Part shown: in pieces, positions 1 to 12,582 of the stretch
Numbering within the stretch: position 1 is the stretch's first letter
Layout: each line of letters opens with the position of its first letter
Assembly (NCBI GenBank): GCA_965279515.1
Contig: CBDIID010000003.1
Span: 384,001 to 448,000 of the forward strand
Source of the DNA: Turneriella sp.
Lineage (GTDB): Bacteria; Spirochaetota; Leptospiria; Turneriellales; Turneriellaceae
Direction of reading: 5' to 3'
DNA length: 64,000 nucleotides
Notes under the pieces: model-generated
The model's database searches: none
Told to the model about the DNA's origin: nothing
Seen by the model: the letters and a program-made list of their open reading frames with translations, nothing else
Translations under genes and position numbers: made by a program

Positions 1-224
1 TGGTCAGATGCAATCTCAGCGGCAAAAAAATCGCCCCAAGTTGTGACATCCGGTGTGACACCGAAACGGCCGACAATGCCGTCCAGTTCGGCTTTTTCCA
101 GGTAAGGCCGTGTTGCCAGGCGTTCGGCCGTGGTGGCGACGCTGACCAGGTTGCGCAATTTACGGGGCGTCAGCTTTTTCTGAAGAATGAAGCTCTCAAG
201 AGCGCGCCGAACGGTTGGCTGCAT
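1..224 (-). CDS. Hypothetical protein, N-terminal part (runs off the window)
   Basis: Hand translation from ATG at 224: MQPTVRRALESFILQKKLTPRKLRNLVSVATTAERLATRPYLEK...; open to window edge. Confidence 0.6.
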   Translation of the reverse strand, partial: MQPTVRRALESFILQKKLTPRKLRNLVSVATTAERLATRPYLEKAELDGIVGRFGVTPDVTTWGDFFAAEIASD

Positions 225-271
225 GACTGATTATCGGATTTTTCTGGAATTTGCATAATGAAATTTGCGCC

Positions 272-937
272 TTAAATACCCTTCTCGACTTTAAAGTCAT
301 CAAAGGTCTGAATATTCGGCGATGACGAACCGGCACGAATTCCGGGTTTTCCTGCAGAATACGTGGTATCTGTCGTGTTAATGGATTTTATCAAGGAGCC
401 GCTGCCATCTTTGAGGTTGAGCGTCAATGCACTGCCATTCAGCAGAAATTCGATCCCATAGGGAGTCGACAGGTTAAGCCCGCCGGCAGAGTTCACCATC
501 ATGGCAGAACTGCCTGATGCAAAACGGTAGATGATCAGATTGCTCTCATCTGCGCCGGCTCCATAACCATTATTGGCCGTACCGTCGGTGCGCGCAAACA
601 GAAATAGTTCGCGACGGGTACCTGCGGCGGGAATCGTCGTTTTCGCTGAAAGCCGGATACAACTATCGCTCATGGGCTGGTTGTAATATGCATTGGCGTT
701 GTTCGAGCCGCGTATCGCGGCACCGGCATTCGATGAAACATTCATGGTCGCTCCGGACGTGCCATAATCCATCGTCCAGTTTCCACCCAGTCCGGTGCTA
801 TTGCCCCTGTTAAAATCATCGGAGATGACTGTTGAAAAGGCCGAACAAGCAGAACTCGATGCAGAATCGCTGCTATTATTACAAAACGATGTTAAGCCGG
901 CTAAAAAAAGAATAGAGACTCGCACTATTTTTTTCAT
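272..937 (-). CDS. Lipoprotein with beta-sandwich (concanavalin A/LamG-like) domain
   Basis: Basic N-terminus, hydrophobic stretch, LTSFC lipobox, Ser linker; 'DDFNR...LGGNW' start and 'FDDFKV' end typical of ConA-like modules. Confidence 0.6.
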   Translation of the reverse strand: MKKIVRVSILFLAGLTSFCNNSSDSASSSACSAFSTVISDDFNRGNSTGLGGNWTMDYGTSGATMNVSSNAGAAIRGSNNANAYYNQPMSDSCIRLSAKTTIPAAGTRRELFLFARTDGTANNGYGAGADESNLIIYRFASGSSAMMVNSAGGLNLSTPYGIEFLLNGSALTLNLKDGSGSLIKSINTTDTTYSAGKPGIRAGSSSPNIQTFDDFKVEKGI

Positions 938-1038
938 ACGCCCTCCGGAAGTTTTGTCTGGAAGGCAGCAACCTGGCCCGGACCTCTAGGGTCGGCAAGT
1001 AAATTCAGGAAATCGGCAAGGGGAAAAACCGCAGGGTG

Positions 1039-1368
1039 TTATTTTTTATCGCCCTCCCAAAGACCGCCATTATCACCGGATATTCCGCTGCCCCAGGTTC
1101 CGGATATCTTCTTGCGGTCATTCAGGAGCCTGAAATGGCCCTTGCCCCATACGCCATTCGTTTGCCACCATTTATAGACAAGCGTGTCGCCATCGATAAC
1201 GCCTTCGATTTCACCCGGCGCCGGTACAGAATATGCCCCGGTCACCCTTTTGCCATCCTGGCGTAGCTCAAGAATACCCCAATTGGTTGTATACCGCCCG
1301 GTAAAATCCACCGCATAGTTGGCGCTGATTGCCCCCAGCAGGAATAAGGTAAGTATTTTTATTCGCAT
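1039..1368 (-). CDS. Small secreted hypothetical protein
   Basis: 109 aa, signal peptide, Gly/Trp beta-strand pattern (FTGRYTTNWG...ISGTWG). Confidence 0.6.
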   Translation of the reverse strand: MRIKILTLFLLGAISANYAVDFTGRYTTNWGILELRQDGKRVTGAYSVPAPGEIEGVIDGDTLVYKWWQTNGVWGKGHFRLLNDRKKISGTWGSGISGDNGGLWEGDKK

Positions 1369-1424
1369 GCTGCTTAGACGTTAGAGCTGCGAAATTGTTT
1401 ATTTTTTGCCCTTACCTGCCGCTA

Positions 1425-1811
1425 CTATCGGGCAGCAGTTTTTCGCCGGCTGATTGTATGCGCGACGGTAATAATCAGCGGAAATACCAGTTCGGGAATT
1501 AAATAACCCAGCCAAACGGCGCGCGGTTCGGGTAGGCCGACGATGCTGATCGAGACAAGCCGACCGACAGCCGCCATGAAAACGCCGAAGGCAATGAGAT
1601 AAATCAGGGTTCCTTGTTGCCGTATCGTCCATGCCGTCCACAGGCAAATCGGTCCCATGGAAAAATATACCCCTGCGAGAAAGCGGTGCACGTTATCCAG
1701 CCGCGGTGTTGTCTGCGGTTCGCCCAGATACATCTGCACGCTGCCGCCGAAGAACGAGATGGCAGCGACGAGAAAAAGGCAAACCTGTACGGTGCGTGTG
1801 CTGATGGGCAT
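1425..1811 (-). CDS. DUF4345-like membrane protein
   Basis: Four hydrophobic segments, 'LDNVHRFLAG' and 'GRLVS...GLP' motifs. Confidence 0.7.
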   Translation of the reverse strand: MPISTRTVQVCLFLVAAISFFGGSVQMYLGEPQTTPRLDNVHRFLAGVYFSMGPICLWTAWTIRQQGTLIYLIAFGVFMAAVGRLVSISIVGLPEPRAVWLGYLIPELVFPLIITVAHTISRRKTAAR

Positions 1812-1855
1812 GCATCGCGGTGCAGCTCCTTATTACTTTGTCAATGGTTAATCGT

Positions 1856-3895
1856 TTAGGTAATTTCGATGCGCATGAGTGAAAGATCGTCCGTGCGCTC
1901 GCCGTAGCGTTCCAGAATTTCCAGGATATTTTCAAGACCGCCGCCCGCTTCTTCTACAACCGTACGGAAACGGTCTTCGTCACTGTCAATCTGCGAGGCA
2001 ATCTGCAGATCGTCGCGTCCGTCGGAACCCAGTATTAAAATATCACCCTTGTGCAGCATGATACGGCGGATGCTTAGCTTTTTTGACAACTGGGGCATGC
2101 CCAGCTTATGGGTCGATAACTCACTTTCAATAAAACCGGCCTTGCCGCTGCGCAAGAGCACCGTCCAGGGATGTTCGCAATTAAAATAATACATGGTTCC
2201 CGATTCACCGTGGATGAGCCCGCAGGCAGCAGACATCAGCATGGAATAATCGAACAGGGAAAAGATATGGTTCAGCTCGTGGTAGATTTTCGCGAGGTAC
2301 TGTTCGGGCCTGGCTGCGATCTTCACGCGCTGCGAATGGCGATCCAGAATCGAATGCAGCGTAACTCCGCAGATCAGGGCTCCCGAAGCCCCCTGCGTGG
2401 ATTTCCCCATCGCATCACCATTAAAGAAGAACAGCCATTCGCCTTCGGAATCTTCGAAAGACAGCGGCGCCATCAGGCAGTAGTCGCCACCGATATCCCC
2501 GGTGCGGCCGCGGAAGTGGTATTTCTTTTTCTGTTCCACGATAAATTCTGCACGGATATGCGGAATGTCGTGCGCGCGCCCCGAGAGTGGTCGCAAGAGC
2601 AGATCGGTCAGGAAATAATCGCCCTCCTGGCTTTCTTTGAGCGCGGTAATGCTGGAAAGCGCGTCATTGAGATCCCTTGTCCGTTCGATGACTTTGATCT
2701 CCAGTGTATCGCGCGCTTCCTGGATCTCGCTGATCTTTTTCTGCAGTTCGGCCGCGAGGGTATTGAAACCCAGCGCCACTTCGCCCAATTCGTCGCGCGA
2801 ATGTTTCGAGATACGCTGGTCGAGATCGCCCTGCGCATACCCTCTCATCGCACCTGAAATCGAAGAGGCGTAATAGGCAATATTGTGGCCGATTTTGAGG
2901 GCAAAAATAATTCCGAAAAAAACCACCGCTAAACTGAAGAGGAAAGATCCCCAAATGATGGTATAAAGCAGCGCGCGCGAAAACGGCGGTGTGACTGCGA
3001 TCACGATTCCGGCCTTATTAATCTCTCCTGACAGGCGCTCTGTCAAAATGGGCAGGTAGCGCATATCGACGGTTTGTTTCGTTGCCGATTTGCCGGCACC
3101 GAGGTTCAGCCGCCGCGTTTCAGACCAACTTAAATTTTCCTCACCATAAGCGCTGTCGTTTCCGGCACTCAAAAAGCCCGCGAATGAAGACGAAATGATC
3201 TTACCGTTCAGTACGAAAAAAACACCTGCCTGCGTCAGATTCGCCAGCGCAGCGGCGAAGCCGTCGTTGAGGATGTACCCCGCGGTGATGGCTCCTACCG
3301 TTTCCCCTTCCTGGTAAACGGGCACAGTATTTTGCAGAATGAGTTGTTTGTCATCAAAGGTCAGAATCGCGGTGTTCTCGCCCTTTTTCAGGGCACGCTC
3401 TACAGGCAGCGACTTGCTTTCGTCGTCGCCAAATTCCGAAGTCTTATGACTGCGCACGACTACAATGCCCTTGCGGTCGTGCACGGTAATGCGGTTGAGA
3501 TCAACGCTCGACTGCACCTGGTTGCATACCCGCAAAATCGGCCCGACATTGATCGCTTCAACCAGGAGTTCCTTCTTAATATACGGGTTCTCAGCGAGCA
3601 TTTTCGCGTAGACCAGGGTTGTTCGTTCATAAAAATTATAGGCGTTCTTTGTCGCGACCATCTTCTCAATCAGCGTCAGGTCGAGCTGTCCCTTCAGCTG
3701 GATATAGAGAAACAGAAACAGCAGGCCGAGGAGTGAAATCATCGGTAACGTCGCTGCGAGAATAATAAAATTGATTTTTCCGCTCAGCGAATAATTTTTG
3801 ATGCGCACATAGAGACTTTTGGGAACCAGTCTTTTGGTTTCCAGGTACCGGATCGCACGCTCCAGCTTTGCCGCGATGGAATTCTTAAGGCTCAT
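1856..3895 (-). CDS. Membrane sensor PP2C/SpoIIE phosphatase (Cache-like periplasmic domain + HAMP + SpoIIE)
   Basis: Two TM segments around a periplasmic domain; HAMP 'GDLDQRI...DELGEVALGFN'; PP2C motifs GGD, GDAMGK, SDG, TDDLS. Confidence 0.85.
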   Translation of the reverse strand: MSLKNSIAAKLERAIRYLETKRLVPKSLYVRIKNYSLSGKINFIILAATLPMISLLGLLFLFLYIQLKGQLDLTLIEKMVATKNAYNFYERTTLVYAKMLAENPYIKKELLVEAINVGPILRVCNQVQSSVDLNRITVHDRKGIVVVRSHKTSEFGDDESKSLPVERALKKGENTAILTFDDKQLILQNTVPVYQEGETVGAITAGYILNDGFAAALANLTQAGVFFVLNGKIISSSFAGFLSAGNDSAYGEENLSWSETRRLNLGAGKSATKQTVDMRYLPILTERLSGEINKAGIVIAVTPPFSRALLYTIIWGSFLFSLAVVFFGIIFALKIGHNIAYYASSISGAMRGYAQGDLDQRISKHSRDELGEVALGFNTLAAELQKKISEIQEARDTLEIKVIERTRDLNDALSSITALKESQEGDYFLTDLLLRPLSGRAHDIPHIRAEFIVEQKKKYHFRGRTGDIGGDYCLMAPLSFEDSEGEWLFFFNGDAMGKSTQGASGALICGVTLHSILDRHSQRVKIAARPEQYLAKIYHELNHIFSLFDYSMLMSAACGLIHGESGTMYYFNCEHPWTVLLRSGKAGFIESELSTHKLGMPQLSKKLSIRRIMLHKGDILILGSDGRDDLQIASQIDSDEDRFRTVVEEAGGGLENILEILERYGERTDDLSLMRIEIT

Positions 3896-4904
3896 TCTTT
3901 TTTTCCGGCGGCGGCTTGTACGCTTTCACGAGACGGCTCGTTTGCCTGACGACCTCGTAAATCTTAGGCGGATGAACTACGTATCCTGAATAAGGTGATC
4001 CGAGGGCTTTGTTCAGGACTTTTTCTCCGGCGGCATTCGTCGTCTCGCGATTGATGGCGAGCAGATGTTTCTGCAGTTTTTCTGCAAATGCCGTGCCTTT
4101 CTTGCGGTAGACAACGATGGCGTCGTAGGGAATCGGATCGGTTTTCATCAATACGGAAATTTTCTTCTCTTTAAAAGCCGAACTTTTTTCCGAAAAACCG
4201 CTGTGTGTTGCCCCTGCATCCGCCTTGCCATTGACCACAGCCTCGACAACATGGGCATGCGAGCCGAGGTAATAAATCTTCGAGAAAAATTTGTACGGAT
4301 CGATGCCTTTCTGCAACAGCAGCGCGAGCGGAAATTTATAGCCCGACGAACTTCCTTTCTCCACGAAGGCGAAGGATTTTCCCCTGAGGTCGTTCAGGCT
4401 TTTAATTCCGGGGCGGGTGATGATCTGCCCGCGGTAATAACTATTGCCGTCGTTCTGTGTCGAAGCGATGTAGATCGCATCTTTGCCGATGCCTTCCTCG
4501 AGGGCATCGCTGTACGCCCCGGAAGAAAATGCGGCGATGTGGATAATGCCGCGCTTGAGATCGGATACGAGGTCGTGGTATTCCTGCGCCACCATGAAAC
4601 GGATGCGCACATGCATTTTTTCACTGAGATAGGCAAGAAAAGGCTCGTGCATGCGCCGGAGTTTTTCCGGGTCTTCCCATGGAGTGATGCCGAAATTGAT
4701 TGCCTCTGAGGGTAAGTTGTCAGCCAGCGAACCTTTGGCGCTGATATCCTTTTCGCCATAGACTTCACTCTTCCTGCCGGCCGCGAGCGAAGCGACGTCG
4801 ACACTACTGCCCCCGCCGCAGCCCGTGAGGAGCGCCAGCAGGGAAATTTGGATCAGCCATTTGGGTCGGTAAACCTGCCGCCTGAGGCATGCAGCCATGG
4901 CCAC
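3885..4904 (-). CDS. PhnD/phosphate-phosphite-phosphonate type substrate-binding lipoprotein (true start probably a little downstream)
   Basis: LLTGC lipobox; 'LRGKSFAFVEKGSSSGYKFP', 'GSHAHVVEAVVNGKADAG' typical of PhnD family. Confidence 0.85.
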   Translation of the reverse strand: MAMAACLRRQVYRPKWLIQISLLALLTGCGGGSSVDVASLAAGRKSEVYGEKDISAKGSLADNLPSEAINFGITPWEDPEKLRRMHEPFLAYLSEKMHVRIRFMVAQEYHDLVSDLKRGIIHIAAFSSGAYSDALEEGIGKDAIYIASTQNDGNSYYRGQIITRPGIKSLNDLRGKSFAFVEKGSSSGYKFPLALLLQKGIDPYKFFSKIYYLGSHAHVVEAVVNGKADAGATHSGFSEKSSAFKEKKISVLMKTDPIPYDAIVVYRKKGTAFAEKLQKHLLAINRETTNAAGEKVLNKALGSPYSGYVVHPPKIYEVVRQTSRLVKAYKPPPEKKNEP

Positions 4905-4957
4905 GGCTGTACAGCGAGTTCAAAGAGTAAAGCACGAAGTCCGTGCAAGGTATTAAC

Positions 4958-6997
4958 TCAGGTAAACTTTGTGGCACCGGCAGAAAGCAAGACATCCCGC
5001 AACTCTGCCAGTTCAAAGGGCTTTACCAGCATCCCATCCATGCCTGACGCTATCACCTGCTCCCTGATATCAGCCTGCGCGTTGGCGGTCAGCGCGACAA
5101 TGCGTGGTTGGCGGATTGCCCTGTCGGCCCTGATCGCCTTTGCGGCATCATAGCCGTCCAATTCCGGCATAAAAATATCCATGAAAATAAGATCATAACT
5201 TTTCTCCCGCGCCCTTGCCACCGCTTCAATCCCGTTCGGGGCAAAGTCTGTGGCATAACCGAAGGCGGCAAGGCTCGCTTCGGTCACAATCTGGTTGATT
5301 TCATTGTCTTCCGCGACCAGGATGTGGAGCGGATTTCTTCCAGCAAGGGTTGCATCCGGCCCGGACGGGGTTTGCGCCCCGGAGACCACTGCATGGGGAA
5401 CGACAAACTCGCTCTCAGCGACAACGGGAAAAGTCAGCGAGAAGAAAAAAACCGAACCCTTATCCGGCGTACTCTCGACCTTCAGCGCACCGCCCATCAG
5501 TAACAAAAGCTCTGAAGCGATTGGCAGCCCCAACCCGGTGCCGCCGTATTTGCGCGAAGTCGACTCATCCGCCTGCACATAGGCGCCGAAGATGCGCAAC
5601 AAGACATCCTGCGTCATACCGATGCCGGTGTCGTGGACGGCAAAATATACCGTGACGGTATTCTCCGTGCGCTGGGTTTCCCTGACCTCGAGATGGATTT
5701 CTCCCGCATGTGTAAACTTTGCCGCATTACTCAAAAGATTCGTCAGAATCTGGCGCAGGCGCAGGTTGTCGCCGACGAGCAGTTTCGGAATTCTCTCATC
5801 GAGACTTAGTCTCATTTCGAGATCCCGGGTATTCGAACTCGTAATGAGCTGGTAGGTTTCAACCACCAGCGCCTCCAGCGAAAAAGGCGCGTTTTCGATC
5901 TTCAGGTGCGCCGCCTCGATTTTTGAAAAATCGAGCACGTCGTTCAGGAGCTTCAGCAACACCTGCCCCGAATCCAGGATAATCCTTACCTGATGCGCCT
6001 GTTCCTTTTCGAGCCTGCTCCACTGGAACAGGCGGGCGATGCCGAGAATACCGTTCATCGGCGTGCGGATCTCATGCGTCATACGGGCGAGAAAACGTGA
6101 TTTAGCCTCGCCCGCTTCACCGAGCAATTTGCCGGAATGTTCACTGCGCACCAATTGCCGGTTTTGTAATGCCATGCCGAGAATCGTCAGCGCACTCGAA
6201 AAAACAAAAACCATGAGGCTGATGTTGGTGTCCGCAGGCTTTAGCGCGGCAAAGGGCCCCAGCCCCCGGGCCGTAGCGGCAATCACCGCAATCATGGATA
6301 AGGCACTCAAGGCCATAACCAGAAAGAGCTGTGCGTTAAAGGACAATAACAAAAGCAATGGCAAGACGGCATAAATCGCGCTGGGCAGGCGCGTCACACT
6401 GAGTACGAGAATGGCAATGAGCATCAGGCCGCAGATCACCAGCCAGCGCCAACTTCGGGCATCCATGGAGCGGTATTCGCGCCACCCCTGGTATAACGGA
6501 TAAACCAGGAGAATGCCGAGGCTGTCGGCCAGCGTCAGCTGTAGAAAAAAAGCCGGCAATTCATCCGGTACCAGGTAGTCCCCTGCCCAAAGCGAAGAGG
6601 TCAGCGCAATACTCGTCAGCGTCGTTGTTACCAGGCAAATCCAAAAACCAAAGGGCAACAGGTCGTGAACCGTAAGCAAGCCCTGCGGCAGGTAACGTTT
6701 CAGGAGTTTTGCCGCGACCAGGCCAGCACTGCCATCGACGAGGGCAACGCCCATGACGGGCCAGATTTTGATCACTGGCCCGCTATTCAATCCGGGAAAA
6801 TTCGCCGCAAAACTCGCGGCCACCACAAGCGGAAACACGCGGATGCCCCACGCGAGGTTCATGAGCAACGCCACGCCGGATGGTAGCCATAACAGGGTGA
6901 TGTTGCCGGGCTTCAGCGCAAAAACAGCCATGCCGAAGCGGGCCAGCAAATAATAGATGAATGCGGCAAACAGCGCCTTAGCTACGCTGCGCAGCAT
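4958..6997 (-). CDS. MASE1-domain hybrid sensor histidine kinase/response regulator
   Basis: Multi-TM N-terminus with 'LWLPSG'; H-box THEIRTPMNG; N/G boxes NAAKFT, DTGIG, GGTGLGL; receiver 'AEDN...MDIFMP...KP'. Confidence 0.9.
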   Translation of the reverse strand: MLRSVAKALFAAFIYYLLARFGMAVFALKPGNITLLWLPSGVALLMNLAWGIRVFPLVVAASFAANFPGLNSGPVIKIWPVMGVALVDGSAGLVAAKLLKRYLPQGLLTVHDLLPFGFWICLVTTTLTSIALTSSLWAGDYLVPDELPAFFLQLTLADSLGILLVYPLYQGWREYRSMDARSWRWLVICGLMLIAILVLSVTRLPSAIYAVLPLLLLLSFNAQLFLVMALSALSMIAVIAATARGLGPFAALKPADTNISLMVFVFSSALTILGMALQNRQLVRSEHSGKLLGEAGEAKSRFLARMTHEIRTPMNGILGIARLFQWSRLEKEQAHQVRIILDSGQVLLKLLNDVLDFSKIEAAHLKIENAPFSLEALVVETYQLITSSNTRDLEMRLSLDERIPKLLVGDNLRLRQILTNLLSNAAKFTHAGEIHLEVRETQRTENTVTVYFAVHDTGIGMTQDVLLRIFGAYVQADESTSRKYGGTGLGLPIASELLLLMGGALKVESTPDKGSVFFFSLTFPVVAESEFVVPHAVVSGAQTPSGPDATLAGRNPLHILVAEDNEINQIVTEASLAAFGYATDFAPNGIEAVARAREKSYDLIFMDIFMPELDGYDAAKAIRADRAIRQPRIVALTANAQADIREQVIASGMDGMLVKPFELAELRDVLLSAGATKFT

Positions 6998-7043
6998 ATT
7001 CGCATTTCCTTTGCAAAAAAATCAGATCGCCGGCGAAAGGCGA

Positions 7044-10048
<3,005 letters not shown>

Positions 10049-10180
10049 CCAGTTCTATACTGGGTTGCCTGTAGGCATTCAGCATCGCCCGGAAAAACCC
10101 AAAAAAGCGACAAATGGCAATTTTTGAATAAATAGTGTAAAAAAGATTGTCATCCTGCCTGAAGGAAAAATCCTGGGCGC

Positions 10181-11113
10181 ATGAAAAAAAATAAGTTGCT
10201 GATCATATCATTTGTAATGCTTAGTTTTATTCTTACAAATTGTGCGAAATCAGAAGATTCGAGTACGAGTGCAAGTCTGAGTTGGACCGCACGAACCATG
10301 CCGGCAAGCGGCCAATGGAATAGAGTAGCATATGGCAATGGCACTTTCGTGGCAGTGGTCGCCAATAGCACGATAGCTGCAACCTCGCCAGACGGGATCA
10401 CATGGACGCAGCGCACATTGCCTGTGAGTTTCGGTAATGCGGGGTTAACATTTGGAAACGGGATTTTTGTATCGGTAGCTTTCGGGACGACGGCGTTGAC
10501 CTCACCGGATGGTATTACCTGGACGCAGCGTACTATGCCAGCCTCCATTTTTTGGCAAAGCGTAACTTATGGAAACGGCGTTTTCGTCGCGGTTTCAAAT
10601 TCAGGCGTTAACGCCGCAGCGACATCTCCCGACGGTATCACTTGGACACTTCGCAGCTTGTTCCAGAACACTTGGCAATCTGTTGCTTACGGTAATGGGG
10701 TGTTCGTCGCGGTCGCGAGCAACAGTGTCCTTAGCGCAACATCGCCAGACGGTATTACCTGGGCAAACAGGTCAATGGGTGTTACCGCAAGTTGGTATTC
10801 TGTCGCATTTGGTAACGGAACTTTTGTCGCCATTGATTCCAGTGATGGAACGAGGGCAGCTTCGAGTACCGACGGTATTACTTGGACGGCAAGAACCTTA
10901 CCAACAAAGACATACTGGGGTTCTGTTGCTTTTGGCAACGGAAAATTTGCGGTGATAGGCTCCAGTTCTGCTAGCTCTGCTTCCTCAACCGACGGAAGTA
11001 CGTGGACAGCAGCAAGTCTGCCCAGTTCTGCGCAGTGGACAGCCCTCGGGTTTGGAAACGGGACTTTTGTTACAATCGCATCATCGAGCGCAAGCGCCGC
11101 GACTTCGCCCTGA
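10181..11113 (+). CDS. Lipoprotein of seven ~40-aa WTxRT...GNGxFVAV...SPDGIT repeats (BNR/Asp-box-like beta-propeller)
   Basis: ILTNC lipobox; seven tandem repeats counted in the translation. Confidence 0.8.
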   Translation: MKKNKLLIISFVMLSFILTNCAKSEDSSTSASLSWTARTMPASGQWNRVAYGNGTFVAVVANSTIAATSPDGITWTQRTLPVSFGNAGLTFGNGIFVSVAFGTTALTSPDGITWTQRTMPASIFWQSVTYGNGVFVAVSNSGVNAAATSPDGITWTLRSLFQNTWQSVAYGNGVFVAVASNSVLSATSPDGITWANRSMGVTASWYSVAFGNGTFVAIDSSDGTRAASSTDGITWTARTLPTKTYWGSVAFGNGKFAVIGSSSASSASSTDGSTWTAASLPSSAQWTALGFGNGTFVTIASSSASAATSP

Positions 11114-11128
11114 TCGGTTGGTGTGGGA

Positions 11129-12118
11129 TTAAGCCACCCCGCGTCCCTTTTGCGAGGCAAAATACGCGGCTTTGCGCGCGCGCATAACATTGCCGAGCGG
11201 CTGGTGCTCTTCAATCGCATTCCATGGATCGAATTTCATAAGTTCCACAGATGCGGCAAAATTGTCATAACCAGCGCCAGACAGCTCTTGCGGCGGGATC
11301 ACCAGCTTACCTACGGTAATAAAGGGCGTCTCATCCTGGGGCCAAACGGACGAAGCGTCTTCGATCGGCGTCGTGGCTGCGTCGGTATAAAACTGCAGCT
11401 GGACATCGTAGGTAATCGGTTTCGATTTCAGAATTGCGCGCAGGTCGGCTGTCAGGTCGTCCTTGGGCGCCGGAGGCAAAACCCCGTTTTGCGGCAGCAG
11501 ACGCAGTTTAGCCGCGTAATCCCCGTTTTTGATCGGCAGCGCCGTGGAGAACTCTTCCGTCGCAAAGCTGGTGAATTTTTTACCGATCACTTTGATGAGG
11601 CGGCCCATCGCCTTGAGCATGCCGAAAAAGCCATGCACTTTGATGAGGTGTTTAATCGCCGCCATGGGACCACCCGAAAGCTCCAGTAAGAGATCCAGGA
11701 AATCGTCTGCGCGCGCCGACGAAAACTCCAAGTGGTTGATCATGACAAAATCCTGTTCCGTCGTCGCCTGGCCCGTCAGAATCGACTTGCCTTTGACACC
11801 GGTTACCTTGAGCGCAAAGCCGCGGATATCGGGTTTCTTGTCACTTTGAATATCCAGGCTGCCATTGGAGAGGCGAATGACGGCATCGTATTTTGTCGCC
11901 TTCGCAAAAATACCCTGCGCCGCATGCACCGGCAAACCCGGGTTCACATGGAATTCGGCTTTAAGCGCCAACAGCCCTTTGCGGTGGAGCAGCCTGCCCT
12001 TGCCATATTTTTGCGATTTCGCCCGCTGGATGAGTTTCAGCTTCTGTGCATAGCCGTTGAACTTCTCTTCTTCACCCGCGGGAATAACTTCTTTAAATGT
12101 GGTTGATGGTTCTTTCAT
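11129..12118 (-). CDS. Small catalase-related heme protein
   Basis: LHRKG (distal His), RLSNG, DIRGFALK, DFVMIN, C-terminal 'PLGNVMRARKAAY' (RxxxY proximal Tyr). Confidence 0.8.
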   Translation of the reverse strand: MKEPSTTFKEVIPAGEEEKFNGYAQKLKLIQRAKSQKYGKGRLLHRKGLLALKAEFHVNPGLPVHAAQGIFAKATKYDAVIRLSNGSLDIQSDKKPDIRGFALKVTGVKGKSILTGQATTEQDFVMINHLEFSSARADDFLDLLLELSGGPMAAIKHLIKVHGFFGMLKAMGRLIKVIGKKFTSFATEEFSTALPIKNGDYAAKLRLLPQNGVLPPAPKDDLTADLRAILKSKPITYDVQLQFYTDAATTPIEDASSVWPQDETPFITVGKLVIPPQELSGAGYDNFAASVELMKFDPWNAIEEHQPLGNVMRARKAAYFASQKGRGVA

Positions 12119-12119
12119 A

Positions 12120-12473
12120 TTATCCTTGTTTTTTTAATTGCTGAGCCCACTGGCCCGAAAATACAAAACGCCAGAAGGTAAAAAAATTCTCGGTGAAAAA
12201 CCGTGCGAAAAAATCGAACGGCGACTGGAAGGGGTCGGGCTTCACAGCCTCGCGGCCATGGCCGATGCCCTGTATTATCACGACGCCGACCATAGCACCG
12301 AAGGAGATCCCCGCAATAGTCCATTGCATGAGAATCAGATGCGCAATCACCGACAGCGTGGCGGCGATAAAGATGGGTGCGGTCAAAATGTGCAGAATCA
12401 GATTCAGTTTATGCGCGTGGTTTTTAGGATAGCCCGCGTATTGCCAGCTCACCAGATTCGGAGTTAACAGCAT
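12120..12473 (-). CDS. Mpo1-like/DUF962 membrane protein
   Basis: 'Y...H....N...H....P' N-terminal motif, 'QGIGHGRE...P'. Confidence 0.65.
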   Translation of the reverse strand: MLLTPNLVSWQYAGYPKNHAHKLNLILHILTAPIFIAATLSVIAHLILMQWTIAGISFGAMVGVVIIQGIGHGREAVKPDPFQSPFDFFARFFTENFFTFWRFVFSGQWAQQLKKQG

Positions 12474-12582
12474 ACCGTATGGGTTGTTTCATTAGGGAGC
12501 GCGTCAAGCGCTGCATCGACTCAAAGTTGACACCTCTGTCCAATCGCCGTTGTCCGCATGTTGACCCCGCGAAAAATTACCC

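Noticed and set aside
10181..11113. Periodic DNA repeats suggesting a CRISPR array
   Set aside because: Degenerate at third codon positions and in frame; these are protein repeats, and no cas genes are present
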